From Rhodobacter capsulatus SB 1003 (GTDB lineage Bacteria > Pseudomonadota > Alphaproteobacteria > Rhodobacterales > Rhodobacteraceae), in assembly GCF_000021865.1 (NCBI RefSeq), contig NC_014034.1:1740001-1772000 (forward strand): DNA of 32,000 nt. Direction: 5' to 3'. Positions 7,974-17,615 of the stretch are shown here, piece after piece; positions within the stretch are counted from its first letter, which is position 1, and each line of letters begins with the position of its first letter. The position numbers were made by a program, and so were the translations under genes. The notes under the pieces were generated by a model. It saw only the letters and a program-made list of their open reading frames with translations, did no database searches and was not told the DNA's origin.

Positions 7974-8296
7974 CAGATCTCTCCGTCAGTGCGGCGGGCC
8001 TGGTCCCAGCCATCGTTGCCAATCAACCGCACCAAAGCGGCGGTGTCGTAGTCTGAGAGAACCCGGGCCAGCTCGGCCTCGGCCGCTTCGGCATCAGAGC
8101 CGTCGCGGGTGCCGATCACCACTTTGCGCCATTCCGCAAGATAGGCGTCGCTGTCCTTCGCGCCGATCTTCATCGCGCAGCGGTCGATTGCCTGCTCGAA
8201 GCGTTCGGGCAAAGGTTTCTTGACGGCCTTACGACCCGTCCCGGCAATGATCTGCGCCGGGATGTCGCGCCAGAAAACGATCGTGATCTCAGCCAT
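7973..8296 (-). CDS. Small conserved protein of unknown function (Pfam 'virulence factor' family, assigned from recollection)
   Basis: Start set at ATG 8296 (MAEITIVFWRDIPAQ) with an AAGGGA SD. 107 aa, translationally coupled to metF. The 47-codon upstream extension was discarded. Confidence 0.6.
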   Translation of the reverse strand: MAEITIVFWRDIPAQIIAGTGRKAVKKPLPERFEQAIDRCAMKIGAKDSDAYLAEWRKVVIGTRDGSDAEAAEAELARVLSDYDTAALVRLIGNDGWDQARRTDGEI

Positions 8297-8486
8297 GTGC
8301 GTGATTCCCTTTGAAACAGGGATACGCCTGTTTGCGACGCGCCCGGTGACGGATTTCGACATGTTGCGCCAGATTGGCGACAACCGCGCAGGTTCCTGGC
8401 CCCGCGTTGCGGCTGGGCGCATCTTCAAAAGCTGCAACAGGATGACGGGGCACGCTCAAGGCCCGCCCGGTCGCCTTGCCCTGCGC

Positions 8487-8591
8487 GGCGGAGCCTCCGG
8501 CGGAGGTATTTAGGGCAAGATGAAACGGTGCCCCTTCATCTTGCCTCAAATATCCCGGGGGGAGGCCGCAGGCCCGGGGGCAGCGCCCCCC
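8487..8591. repeat. Nested-palindrome intergenic repeat, copy B (lacks left outer arm)
   Basis: Inner arms 8502-8525 and 8535-8562 carry the GCAAGATGAAA / TTCATCTTGC core. Right outer arm GGGGGCAGCGCCCCCC is at 8576-8591. Confidence 0.8.
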
Positions 8592-8693
8592 GCCTTGCTT
8601 CGGCCTTGCGACGTCACGAACTTGTCATCGGGCGCTTGAACCTTCGGCCCCCCCGCGCTACCTAGGGGGTAACTTGAAATCGGAGGGCGTAAG

Positions 8694-9824
8694 ATGGCGC
8701 CCAGGCGTCCTCGGGCTGCGGGCGCGATCCCGAAACTGGTCGAACGCGCCGCATCCCACCCCGCCGAGCCGGGCGAGCTTTATGCTGCGCTCGATCTCGG
8801 CACCAACAGTTGCCGGATGCTGATTGCCCGACCGAAGGGCGATCAGTTTCAGGTCGTGGACAGCTTTTCCAAGGCTGTTCAGCTGGGTCAGGGGCTGGAA
8901 GCCTCGGGCCGGTTGTCGCGGTCATCGATGGCGCGCACCGTGCAGGCGCTGCAGATCTGCCGCCGCAAGATCGAAACCCATGGCGTCAAGCGGATGCGCC
9001 TTGTCGCCACCGAGGCTTGTCGGCGCGCCGGCAATGCGCGCGATTTCATCCGTTACGTGCGGCGCGAGACCGGGCTGCCGCTGGAAATCATCCCGCCCGA
9101 GGAAGAGGCGCGGCTGGCGGTGATCTCCTGCGCCTCGCTGGTCAATCCGCGCAGCGAACAGGTGCTGGTCGTCGACATCGGCGGCGGCTCGACCGAACTT
9201 GTCTGGATCGACATTTCCAAGGTGCCGCCCCCGGACCGGCCGCGCTCGATCATGCGGCTCTCGGGCGGCTTCGATCAGCCCGAGGGCGAGATTCCGCAGG
9301 CCCGCGTGGTGGACTGGATTTCGGTGCCGCTGGGCGTGGCCACGCTGAAAGACCAGTTCGGCGATGTCGAGGATGACGCGGCGCGGTTCGCGCTGATGTC
9401 CTGGTTCTTCGAGGAAAAGCTGGCCGATTTCACGCCCTACGCCTCGGGCACGCCGCAGGAGGGGTTTCAGGTCATCGGCACCTCGGGCACCGTGACCACG
9501 GTTGCCGCTTGCCATCTGAACCTCAAGCGCTATGACCGCAACCGGGTCGATGGCCTGACGATGACCTCGACCGAGATCGACGCGGTGATCCGCTCCTTCC
9601 TGATGCTTGGTCCCGAGGGACGCCGCGCCGATCCGCGCATCGGGCGCGACCGGCACACGCTGATCATGTCGGGGGCGGCGATCCTGCAGGCGCTGATGCG
9701 GGTCTGGCCGACGGACAAGATGTCGGTGGCCGACCGCGGCCTGCGCGAGGGGCTTTTGTATGCGCAGATGGCCGAAGATGGCGTGATCGAAGAAATGAAG
9801 CCGATCGAGGGAGAGATGAAATGA
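8694..9824 (+). CDS. Ppx/GppA family phosphatase
   Basis: 376-aa ORF with a [20 protein letters not shown] and [11 protein letters not shown] are ASKHA-fold phosphate-binding motifs. Confidence 0.85.
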   Translation: MAPRRPRAAGAIPKLVERAASHPAEPGELYAALDLGTNSCRMLIARPKGDQFQVVDSFSKAVQLGQGLEASGRLSRSSMARTVQALQICRRKIETHGVKRMRLVATEACRRAGNARDFIRYVRRETGLPLEIIPPEEEARLAVISCASLVNPRSEQVLVVDIGGGSTELVWIDISKVPPPDRPRSIMRLSGGFDQPEGEIPQARVVDWISVPLGVATLKDQFGDVEDDAARFALMSWFFEEKLADFTPYASGTPQEGFQVIGTSGTVTTVAACHLNLKRYDRNRVDGLTMTSTEIDAVIRSFLMLGPEGRRADPRIGRDRHTLIMSGAAILQALMRVWPTDKMSVADRGLREGLLYAQMAEDGVIEEMKPIEGEMK

Positions 9825-10600
9825 CGAAACCCCCCAGCGGCAAATCGGGCGGTGCGGGCTCTGGCAAGAACACCTCGGGGCGCGGGCAGCGCGATCTTCG
9901 GGTGCGGGTGAAGACGGCGAAGGGGCGCAAGCTCTCGTCGACGCTCTGGCTGGAACGGCAGCTGAACGACCCCTATGTGGTGCGCGCGAAGAAAGAGGGC
10001 TATCGCGGGCGTGCCGCCTACAAGATCATGGAACTGGATGACAAGTTCCGCTTCCTCGTGCCGGGGGCGCGGGTGGTCGATCTGGGCTGCGCGCCGGGGG
10101 GCTGGTGTCAGGTCGCGGTCGCGCGGGTGAATGCGCTGGGCGAAAAGGGCGGCAAGAAGGTCGGCACGGTTCTGGGCGTCGATCTGCAGGAGATCGCGGC
10201 GATTGCCGGGGCCGAGCTGCATCAGCTGGATTTCCTCGAAGATGGCGCCGATGACAAGGTCAAGGCCTGGCTTGGCGGCCGCGCCGATGTGGTGATGTCG
10301 GACATGGCCGCCGCCGCTTCGGGCAACCAGCAGGTGGACCATTTGCGCATCATCACCCTGTGCGAACATGCCGCCTATTTCGCCTTTGACGTGCTGGAGC
10401 TGGGCGGCACCTTTGTTGCCAAGGTTCTGGCGGGGGGCGCCGAACAGGGGTTGATGACGGTCCTGAAGAAGAACTTCGAAAAGGTGGTGAACATGAAGCC
10501 GCCCTCAAGCCGCAAGGACAGCTCGGAGAAATTCGTCGTCGCCACCGGCTTTCGCGGCAAGCGCCACGAAGAGGGGCAGGACGCGCCCGCCGCGGACTGA
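9821..10600 (+). CDS. rlmE: 23S rRNA (uridine-2'-O)-methyltransferase RlmE/FtsJ
   Basis: [30 protein letters not shown] and SDMAA motifs. ATGA overlap with the ppx-family stop. Confidence 0.9.
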   Translation: MTKPPSGKSGGAGSGKNTSGRGQRDLRVRVKTAKGRKLSSTLWLERQLNDPYVVRAKKEGYRGRAAYKIMELDDKFRFLVPGARVVDLGCAPGGWCQVAVARVNALGEKGGKKVGTVLGVDLQEIAAIAGAELHQLDFLEDGADDKVKAWLGGRADVVMSDMAAAASGNQQVDHLRIITLCEHAAYFAFDVLELGGTFVAKVLAGGAEQGLMTVLKKNFEKVVNMKPPSSRKDSSEKFVVATGFRGKRHEEGQDAPAAD

Positions 10601-10696
10601 GCCTTAGACCAAAGTCGTAGGGCTGCGGGCGGCACTTGCTTGCGGCGGCAAAGCGCCTATCCTGCGGAAAGCACCGAAAAGAGGGGAGGCTTTCCG

Positions 10697-11671
10697 ATGC
10701 GTCTTTCTGCCCCCACGCGCAATCATGCCGAGATCGTGCAATCGGTCGTCGCCTCGTCCACCGCGGCGGGGCGGGCCGGTTTTGCCGCCAGCTGGCGCCG
10801 CTCGATGATCCATCACAAGCTGGACCCGGCCAAGCTGCGCAGCGCCGACCGGCTGACCGCCGCCGATATCGCCGCGCGGCGCGAGGCGGCGGGGCTTTTG
10901 CTGCGCGTGGCAACCCCGGTGCTGGATCGGCTGGCCCGCGCCGCCTGCGAGGCGGGCTGTGCGGTGTTTCTGTCCGATGCCGAGGGGCTGGTGCTGGAAG
11001 AACGCATGCGCGACGCCGACCGGCGGGCCTTCCACCGCTCGAACCTCGCCCCCGGCTCGGACTGGTCCGAGGGGCAGGAGGGCACGAACGGCATCGGCAC
11101 CTGTCTGGCCGAGGGGCGGCCCGTCACCGTCTGGCGCGACCAGCATTTCCGCGCGACGAACACCGGGCTGACCTGCATGGGCGCGCCGGTCTTTGGCGCG
11201 CGGGGCGAATTGGCCGGGGTGATCGACGTCTCCTCCGCGCGCGAGGACATGACCGAGGGCTACGCCCGTCTGGTCGCGCTGACGGTGCAGGATGCGGCCA
11301 GCCGGATCGAGGCGGATCTGTTCCGCGCCTCCTTCGAGGGGGCGCGGATCCTCTCGACCGGAGCGGCCGAGGAGAGCCCGCAGGCGGTGGTGCTTCTGGC
11401 GCTTGACCGCGACGATCTGGTGATCGGCGCGACGCGGGCGGCGCGGCGCCAGCTGGGCCTGGAGGAGGCGCAGATGGGCCGGGTGCCCGCGACCGATCTG
11501 TTCGGGGGCAAGCGCGACGAAGGGCAGGGCGCGCTGGCCGAGGCGCAGCGGGCCGAGATGGTGCGGGCGCTGGCGCGCGCGGGCGGCAATGTCTCGGCGG
11601 CGGCGCGCGATCTGGGGATCGGCCGCGCCACCTTCTATCGCAAGTCGAAGGCGCTTGGTCTGAGCGTGTGA
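10697..11671 (+). CDS. GAF-domain plus Fis-type HTH transcriptional regulator (AcoR-like but without an AAA+ module)
   Basis: ATG at 10697 is preceded by a GAGGGGAGG SD. It has a GAF-like region (GTNGIGTCL, VFGARGELAGVIDVS) and a C-terminal HTH (GGNVSAAARDLGIGRATFYRK). At 324 aa there is no room for a sigma-54 ATPase domain. Confidence 0.75.
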   Translation: MRLSAPTRNHAEIVQSVVASSTAAGRAGFAASWRRSMIHHKLDPAKLRSADRLTAADIAARREAAGLLLRVATPVLDRLARAACEAGCAVFLSDAEGLVLEERMRDADRRAFHRSNLAPGSDWSEGQEGTNGIGTCLAEGRPVTVWRDQHFRATNTGLTCMGAPVFGARGELAGVIDVSSAREDMTEGYARLVALTVQDAASRIEADLFRASFEGARILSTGAAEESPQAVVLLALDRDDLVIGATRAARRQLGLEEAQMGRVPATDLFGGKRDEGQGALAEAQRAEMVRALARAGGNVSAAARDLGIGRATFYRKSKALGLSV

Positions 11672-11678
11672 GGGGGAA

Positions 11679-11845
11679 GGGGGGCGCTGCCCCCTCTTGC
11701 CCGTGCCGGGCAATTCACCCCCCGGGATATTTGAAGCAAGATAAAGGATAAGGCGCTCCGCAAGGGCGCCTTCTTCCATTTCCGCCTTTCACCTTGCCCC
11801 AAATATCCCGGGGGGTGAGGCGCACGCGAGGGGGGCAGAGCCCCC
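11679..11845. repeat. Nested-palindrome intergenic repeat, copy C (expanded centre)
   Basis: Outer arms 11679-11694 and 11830-11845 have 1 mismatch. Inner arms are 11718-11747 and 11787-11815. There is an extra central 7-bp hairpin at 11750-11772. Confidence 0.8.
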
Positions 11846-12028
11846 AGACCCCGCCTGCGACCCCGCGCCGCCTTTACGAATTTTGCGATGCTGCAGCTGC
11901 ACCTGTCTCGGCAGTGAAACAGGTCAGCCATAACTCCAAAACAAAGCCGCTATGCAAGAATCGCAAAGAGGCGCAGTCTTTTCCCATCGACACCCCGGGG
12001 AGGGGGTCAGACCATCAGGGAGGACAAG

Positions 12029-13555
12029 ATGGCCAACGACATGCCGCATGATTTCAAGGGGGTGATGGTGTCGCCCTTCAAGCCGCGCTACGACAATTTC
12101 ATCGGCGGCAAATGGACCCCGCCGGTCGGGGGCAAGTATTTCGACAACATCACGCCGATCACCGGCGAGAAGATCTGCGAAGTTGCCGCCTCGACCGCGG
12201 CGGATGTCGAGCTGGCGCTCGATGCCGCCCATGCCGCGAAAGGCGACTGGGGCACCACCTCGGCCGCGCATCGCTCGAACGTGCTTTTGAAGATCGCCGA
12301 CCGGCTGGAGCAGAACCTTGACCTGCTCGCCGCCGCCGAGACCTGGGACAACGGCAAGCCGATCCGCGAAACCACCGCCGCCGATATCCCCCTTTCCGTC
12401 GACCATTTCCGCTATTTCGCGGGGGTGCTGCGCGGGCAGGAAGGCTCGATGTCGGAAATCGACAATGACACCGTCGCCTATCACTATCACGAGCCGCTGG
12501 GCGTCGTCGGGCAGATCATCCCGTGGAACTTCTCGATCCTGATGGCGGCGTGGAAACTGGCCCCGGCGCTGGCGGCGGGCAACTGCATCGTGCTGAAACC
12601 GGCCGAACAGACCCCCTCCGCGATCATGGTGCTGATCGACGTGATCAAGGACCTGCTGCCGCCGGGTGTGCTGAACATCGTCAACGGCATGGGCCCCGAT
12701 GTCGGCGCGCCGCTCGCGCGCTCGAACCGGATCGCGAAGATCGCCTTCACCGGCTCGACCGAGACCGGCCGCAAGATCATGCAATATGCGACCGAGAACC
12801 TGATCCCGGTGACGCTGGAGCTGGGCGGCAAGTCGCCGAACATCTTCTTTTCGGATGTGATGGCGAAAGATGACGCCTTCCTCGACAAGGCGGTCGAGGG
12901 TTTCGTTCTGTTCGCCTTCAACCAGGGCGAGGTCTGCACCTGCCCGTCGCGCGCGCTCATTCAGGAGGACATCTACGAAGAGTTCATCGCCCGCGCCATT
13001 GCCCGGGTGAAGGCGATCAAGCAGGGCGACCCGCGCCTGATGGAGACGATGGTCGGCGCGCAGGCCAGCCAGGAACAGCAGGACAAGATCCTGTCCTATC
13101 TCAAGATCGGCCGCGAGGAAGGCGCGCAGGTCCTGTGCGGCGGCGATGCGGCAAGCCTTGGCGGCGATCTGGCGAACGGCTTCTACATCCAGCCGACGAT
13201 CCTCAAGGGTCACAACAAGATGCGGGTCTTCCAGGAGGAAATCTTCGGGCCGGTCGTGTCGGTGACCACCTTCAAGGACGAGGACGAAGCCCTGCATATC
13301 GCCAATGACACGATGTACGGCCTGGGCGCCGGCGTCTGGTCGCGCGACATCAACACCTGCTACCGCTTTGGCCGCCACATCCAGGCCGGGCGCGTCTGGG
13401 TGAACAACTACCACGCCTATCCGGCCCATGCGGCCTTTGGCGGCTACAAGCAATCGGGCATCGGGCGTGAAACCCACAAGATGATGCTCGATCACTACCA
13501 GCAGACCAAGAACATGCTGGTCAGCTACAACCCGAACAAGCTGGGCTTCTTCTGA
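12029..13555 (+). CDS. NAD-dependent aldehyde dehydrogenase (AcoD/ExaC-like)
   Basis: 508-aa ORF with a [23 protein letters not shown], the catalytic-Cys block [10 protein letters not shown] and EEIFGPV are all present. Confidence 0.9.
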   Translation: MANDMPHDFKGVMVSPFKPRYDNFIGGKWTPPVGGKYFDNITPITGEKICEVAASTAADVELALDAAHAAKGDWGTTSAAHRSNVLLKIADRLEQNLDLLAAAETWDNGKPIRETTAADIPLSVDHFRYFAGVLRGQEGSMSEIDNDTVAYHYHEPLGVVGQIIPWNFSILMAAWKLAPALAAGNCIVLKPAEQTPSAIMVLIDVIKDLLPPGVLNIVNGMGPDVGAPLARSNRIAKIAFTGSTETGRKIMQYATENLIPVTLELGGKSPNIFFSDVMAKDDAFLDKAVEGFVLFAFNQGEVCTCPSRALIQEDIYEEFIARAIARVKAIKQGDPRLMETMVGAQASQEQQDKILSYLKIGREEGAQVLCGGDAASLGGDLANGFYIQPTILKGHNKMRVFQEEIFGPVVSVTTFKDEDEALHIANDTMYGLGAGVWSRDINTCYRFGRHIQAGRVWVNNYHAYPAHAAFGGYKQSGIGRETHKMMLDHYQQTKNMLVSYNPNKLGFF

Positions 13556-13623
13556 TCCCTCCCGCCCGGCCGGGCCGCGGCAGTGCCGCGGCCCATCTTC
13601 AAGACCCTTGCGCCCAAGGCAAG

Positions 13624-13660
13624 ACCGGGCCGTCCGCAGGGCGGCCCGGTTGGTGTTTTT
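13624..13660 (+). terminator. Intrinsic terminator after aldehyde dehydrogenase
   Basis: Perfect 9-bp stem ACCGGGCCG / CGGCCCGGT (13624-13632 and 13642-13650) followed by TGGTGTTTTT. Confidence 0.75.
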
Positions 13661-13766
13661 GGGCAAGAAACTCGCCTCAGGGTAATTTGCAGCGGGGGTT
13701 AATCCCGTAAATCGGGTGTTCACGATTTTCCGCTATCCCGTCTGTGACTTGCGATGGAGACCGTCC

Positions 13767-15971
13767 ATGACGCTTCGCAGACAGATCCTTTTGCTTCCCC
13801 TTCTCACCGCGGTGATCGCGATCGTGCTCAACCTGTCCGGCATGGTGCTGGTCGGGCAGCGCACGCTGGACGCCGCCTATTCGAAGGAACGCGCCGTGGC
13901 CGCGGATGCGCTGCGGCTGGCGATCGACGCCCGGACGACCGAGGCGCTGTCGATGGCCCAGATCATCGCGGGGATGCCCGCGCTGCGGGAGGCCGTCGCC
14001 CGCCGGGATGACAAGACGATCGAGACCATGCTGGCGGGCTCGATCCAGGAGATGATGGCCCAGACCGGGATGACGCAGCTGCATTTCCATGTGCCGCCGG
14101 GGACCTCGCTGATCCGGGTGCATCAGCTGGACAAGCGCGGCGACGATCTGACGAAAACCCGGCCGATGGTGGTCAGGGCGAATGCGGCGCAGGTGCCCGA
14201 ACGCGGGCTCGAGCGCGGCAGGACCGGCGTCGGCGCGCGCGGCGTGGCGCCGATCAGCTGGCAGGGCGCCCATGTCGGCACCGTCGAAGTGGGCTTTGAC
14301 ATGGATGCGAATTTCCTCTCGGCGATGGCGGCGGATACCGGGAACGAATTCGAATTCTACGCGGTTCCCCCGGCGGGAGAGGCGGGCAAGATCGAGCGCA
14401 AGGCCGACACCACCGGCGAGGCCCCGATGCTGGCGCCGGGCGATTTCGACCAGGTGCTGCAGTCCGACGGCATCGATCTGCTGCGGAATTTCGACGGCGT
14501 GCCCCATGTCGGCCGTGCCGTCGCGGTGAAGGATTTCTCGGGGGTTCCGATCGGCATCTATGTCGTCGCCTCGCCCGATCATCTGGCGGCCGACATGCTG
14601 GCGGCGCAGACCCGGTTGAGCGCGATTGCGGTGGTGCTGTCGCTGGTGCTGGCCTCGGGCGTGGCCTGGGCGGGGGGGCGGCACATCGCGGGCTGCGTGC
14701 AGCGCCAGGCGGTGACGACGCGGGCGATCGCCGAGGGGCGGACCGATGTCGAGATCATCGGCACCGAGCGCAAGGACGAGCTGGGCGACATGGCGCGGGC
14801 GCTGGTGGTGTTTCGCACCAATCTGGAGGAAAACGCCCGGATGCAGGCGGCGCTTCAGGCCGAGGAACAGGCGAAACGCCGCGCCGAGGAGAGCGCCCGG
14901 GCCGAGGCCGAGCGGGCCGAGGCCGAGCGCCGCCGGGCCGAGGTCGAGGCGCTGGAACATGAGCGTCAGCGCGTCGAGGCGGAGCGCGTCGAAGCGGCCC
15001 GTCGCGCCGAAGAGACCCGGGCGCGTCTGAGCGAGCAGCAGCTTGTGGTCGCGGCGCTTTCGAAGGCGCTGGAATCGCTGGCGGCGGGCGATCTGCACTG
15101 CGTCATCGAAACCCCGCTGCCGGGCGAATACGATCAGCTTCGGGCGCATTTCAACTCTGCCATCCGGCAGCTGGGCGATGCGCTGGTGCAGATCGACCTC
15201 TCGGCGACGCGGGTCGATGCCGAGGCGGGCAAGCTCTCGCAGGCCAGCACGCAGCTTGCGCACAGCACCGAACGCAATGCGGCGGCGCTGGAGGAGACGG
15301 CGGCGGCGCTCAACCAGCTGACCAGTTCGGTTTCCTCGGCGGCCGACGGGGCGTCGCAGGCGCGCGAGATCGCGGCGCAGGCACGTCAGAATGCGGAAAG
15401 CGGCGTCGGGGTGGTGGCCGAGGCCGTGGCGGCCATGGCCGAGATCGAAGCCTCGTCGCAATCGATTTCGCGCATCACCCATGTGATCGAGGAAATCGCC
15501 TTTCAGACCAACCTGCTGGCCCTCAATGCCGGGGTCGAGGCCGCCCGGGCGGGCGAGGCCGGGCGCGGCTTTGCCGTCGTCGCCTCGGAGGTGCGGGCGC
15601 TGGCGCAGCGGGCGTCTGATGCGGTGCGGGAGATTTCGCAACTGATCGAAACCTCGACCCTGCAGGTGCAGGGCGGGGTGAAGATGGTGGGGCGGACCGG
15701 CGCGGCGCTCGATCAGATCGCAAGCTCGGTGCGCGACATCTTCGAGCGGATGGGCGAAATTGCCGCCTCGGCCGAGGAACAGGCGCGCGGCATCGTCGAG
15801 ATCAATGGCGCGGTGAACCAGCTCGATCAGACGACGCAGCATATCGCCAACATGACCGACATGTCGGCGGCATCGGGGCGGGCGCTTGCCAGCGAGGGCA
15901 GCGATCTGCGCCAGACCGTCGAACGGTTTCACCTGCCCGAAACCGCTGGCATGCATCGCTCGGCCGCGTGA
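13767..15971 (+). CDS. Methyl-accepting chemotaxis protein (Cache-type sensor, HAMP, Glu/Ala/Arg-rich coiled coil, MA domain)
   Basis: ATG at 13767 with a GGAGA SD and a TM helix straight after the start. A second TM lies near aa 290-310. MA signature [37 protein letters not shown]. Confidence 0.85.
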   Translation: MTLRRQILLLPLLTAVIAIVLNLSGMVLVGQRTLDAAYSKERAVAADALRLAIDARTTEALSMAQIIAGMPALREAVARRDDKTIETMLAGSIQEMMAQTGMTQLHFHVPPGTSLIRVHQLDKRGDDLTKTRPMVVRANAAQVPERGLERGRTGVGARGVAPISWQGAHVGTVEVGFDMDANFLSAMAADTGNEFEFYAVPPAGEAGKIERKADTTGEAPMLAPGDFDQVLQSDGIDLLRNFDGVPHVGRAVAVKDFSGVPIGIYVVASPDHLAADMLAAQTRLSAIAVVLSLVLASGVAWAGGRHIAGCVQRQAVTTRAIAEGRTDVEIIGTERKDELGDMARALVVFRTNLEENARMQAALQAEEQAKRRAEESARAEAERAEAERRRAEVEALEHERQRVEAERVEAARRAEETRARLSEQQLVVAALSKALESLAAGDLHCVIETPLPGEYDQLRAHFNSAIRQLGDALVQIDLSATRVDAEAGKLSQASTQLAHSTERNAAALEETAAALNQLTSSVSSAADGASQAREIAAQARQNAESGVGVVAEAVAAMAEIEASSQSISRITHVIEEIAFQTNLLALNAGVEAARAGEAGRGFAVVASEVRALAQRASDAVREISQLIETSTLQVQGGVKMVGRTGAALDQIASSVRDIFERMGEIAASAEEQARGIVEINGAVNQLDQTTQHIANMTDMSAASGRALASEGSDLRQTVERFHLPETAGMHRSAA

Positions 15972-15981
15972 CGGAAAAGAC

Positions 15982-16006
15982 CTGCCCGCGGCCGGGCCGC
16001 GGGCAG
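15982..16006. terminator. Shared hairpin between the convergent chemoreceptor and UPF0114 genes
   Basis: CTGCCCGCGGCC / GGCCGCGGGCAG arms (15982-15993 and 15995-16006). The hairpin is A-rich upstream and partly T-rich downstream. Confidence 0.55.
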
Positions 16007-16028
16007 CGTTGCATTGCGGGGATCGGGC

Positions 16029-16544
16029 TTATTTCGCCGACTTCTTCATCGCCTTGGCGTGATTGCTGATCCAGTCCATCAGCGCAAGCAGCACCCCCGA
16101 GATCACGAAGACCAGATGGATCACCACCATCCAGGTGATCTTTTCCGCCGGGTATTTTTCAAGATCCATGAACACCTTGAGCAGGTGAATCCCGGAAATC
16201 GCGACGATCGAGGCGACCAGCTTCAGCTTCAGCGTCGAGAAATCGACCTCGCTTTGCCAATCCGGCCGGTCCTCGTGGCCGTGGGTGTCCATGCGCGAGA
16301 CGAAATTCTCGTAGCCCGAGAAGATCACGATCAGGATCAGGTTCGCGGCCAGGCTGAGGTCGATCAGCGACAGCGCCCCCATCACCGCGATATCCACCTC
16401 CATCTGCGGGATCTGCAGCGCGAAATGGTAAAGCTCCAGCACGAAGGCCCAGAGCAGGATCGCCAGCGTCCCCACCAGCCCCAGATACATCGGTGCCATC
16501 AGCCAGCGGCTGGCAAAAAGCACCCGTTCGATCGCGCGTTCCAT
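16029..16544 (-). CDS. UPF0114 (YqhA-like) inner-membrane protein
   Basis: Start set at ATG 16544 (MERAIERVLFASRWLMAPMYLGL, the family N-terminus) with a GGAG SD. Multiple TM helices. Confidence 0.8.
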   Translation of the reverse strand: MERAIERVLFASRWLMAPMYLGLVGTLAILLWAFVLELYHFALQIPQMEVDIAVMGALSLIDLSLAANLILIVIFSGYENFVSRMDTHGHEDRPDWQSEVDFSTLKLKLVASIVAISGIHLLKVFMDLEKYPAEKITWMVVIHLVFVISGVLLALMDWISNHAKAMKKSAK

Positions 16545-16570
16545 GAATACTCCGTTAATGTCTGCTCCGC

Positions 16571-17516
16571 CTAGATAGGGACGGCCCCGCGCGCGCAAGG
16601 GCGGGGCGCGGCCTTCGGCTCAGCCGCCCTTGCGGAAGGCCGAGGGGGTCTTGCCGACCCTGGCCTGAAAGCGCGGGTGAAATAGGCGGGGCTGTTGAAC
16701 CCAAGGGCGGCGGCGATGTCCTTGACCGGGGTCCCGGTCTCGCTCAGAAGCCGCCGCGCCTCGTAAAGGCGGCGATCCTGCAGCAGCTCCGAGGCGGCCC
16801 GGCCGCAGCTGATCCGGCAGGACCGCGTCAGATGCGTCGCCGTCACACCGAGCTGCGCGGCATAATCGGCCACGCCCAGACCGGAGCGAAAATCCCGTTC
16901 CAGAACAGCGGCATAGCGGGTCACCAGCTTGCGCGCGGCCTCTGATGCGCGGGGCTCGGCCGCCTGCGACATGCCCTGACGTTCGATGATCACGCTCAAA
17001 AGGCCGAGATAATGCAGCGCCGCCCGGTCCGATCCGGGACGGTTGCTTTCCAGCTCGCGGGTCACCGATTCGATCAGCCCCGAGATCTCGGCCTGCACCG
17101 GGGGCTCGCGCACGCGCAGATATTGCGCCGCATGCGGCAGCGTCAGTTCCGAATTCTTGCCGAAAAACACCGCAAGGCCGGTGGTCTGGCTCGAGATCTC
17201 GAAGCCGTGCATCACGCCCGCGGGCAGGAAGGCGGCCGAATAGGGACCGTAACCACGGGTCACGCCGCCCATGGTGATCCGGCCCTGACCGCGGGTGAAC
17301 CACAGGAAACAGGGTTCCGACAGTGCCCGCATCGCCTCCACGCGCCAGCGCCCGCCCTGGGCAAGCCGGGCGATCGGCACGATGCGCGGCACCGAGGGCG
17401 GCTCGGGCAAAAGCGACTTCGGCCGGGCGGGCTTGGCCGCGACAGAGGAGGCAGAGGGGCCCGGGCGCAGGGTCTTGGCGAAGGGCGCAAGCGGAGGGGT
17501 CTTGAAAAGGGTCACG
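16571..17516 (-). CDS. AraC family transcriptional regulator (cupin-like N-domain; C-terminus apparently frameshifted)
   Basis: Proposed GTG start at 17516 with a GGAAG SD. HTH region is YAAQLGVTATHLTRSCR ... DIAAALGFNSPAYFTRAF. The canonical ending continues in another frame (stop at 16620). Confidence 0.7.
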
Positions 17517-17615
17517 AAAGCTTCCGGGGCGGCGGTGGTCGCGCCAAGGATAGGGAAGATCCCCTTGTTAATCCAACGAAAAACACGGGCGTGCCGAAAT
17601 TGGCCCGGCCCGGTT

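Noticed and set aside
8297-8486. Possible riboswitch (SAM-II/SAM-V or cobalamin) in the roughly 190-nt leader of the metF-type operon
   Set aside because: I could not find a convincing B12 box or the SAM-II pseudoknot signature by eye, only a short GTTGC..GCAAC stem. A covariance-model scan (cmsearch with the Rfam SAM-II, SAM-V and cobalamin models) on the minus strand would settle it.
11846-12028. Sigma-54 promoter upstream of aldehyde dehydrogenase
   Set aside because: No TGGCAC-N5-TTGC-like element is present, which is consistent with the adjacent regulator lacking an AAA+ activator domain.
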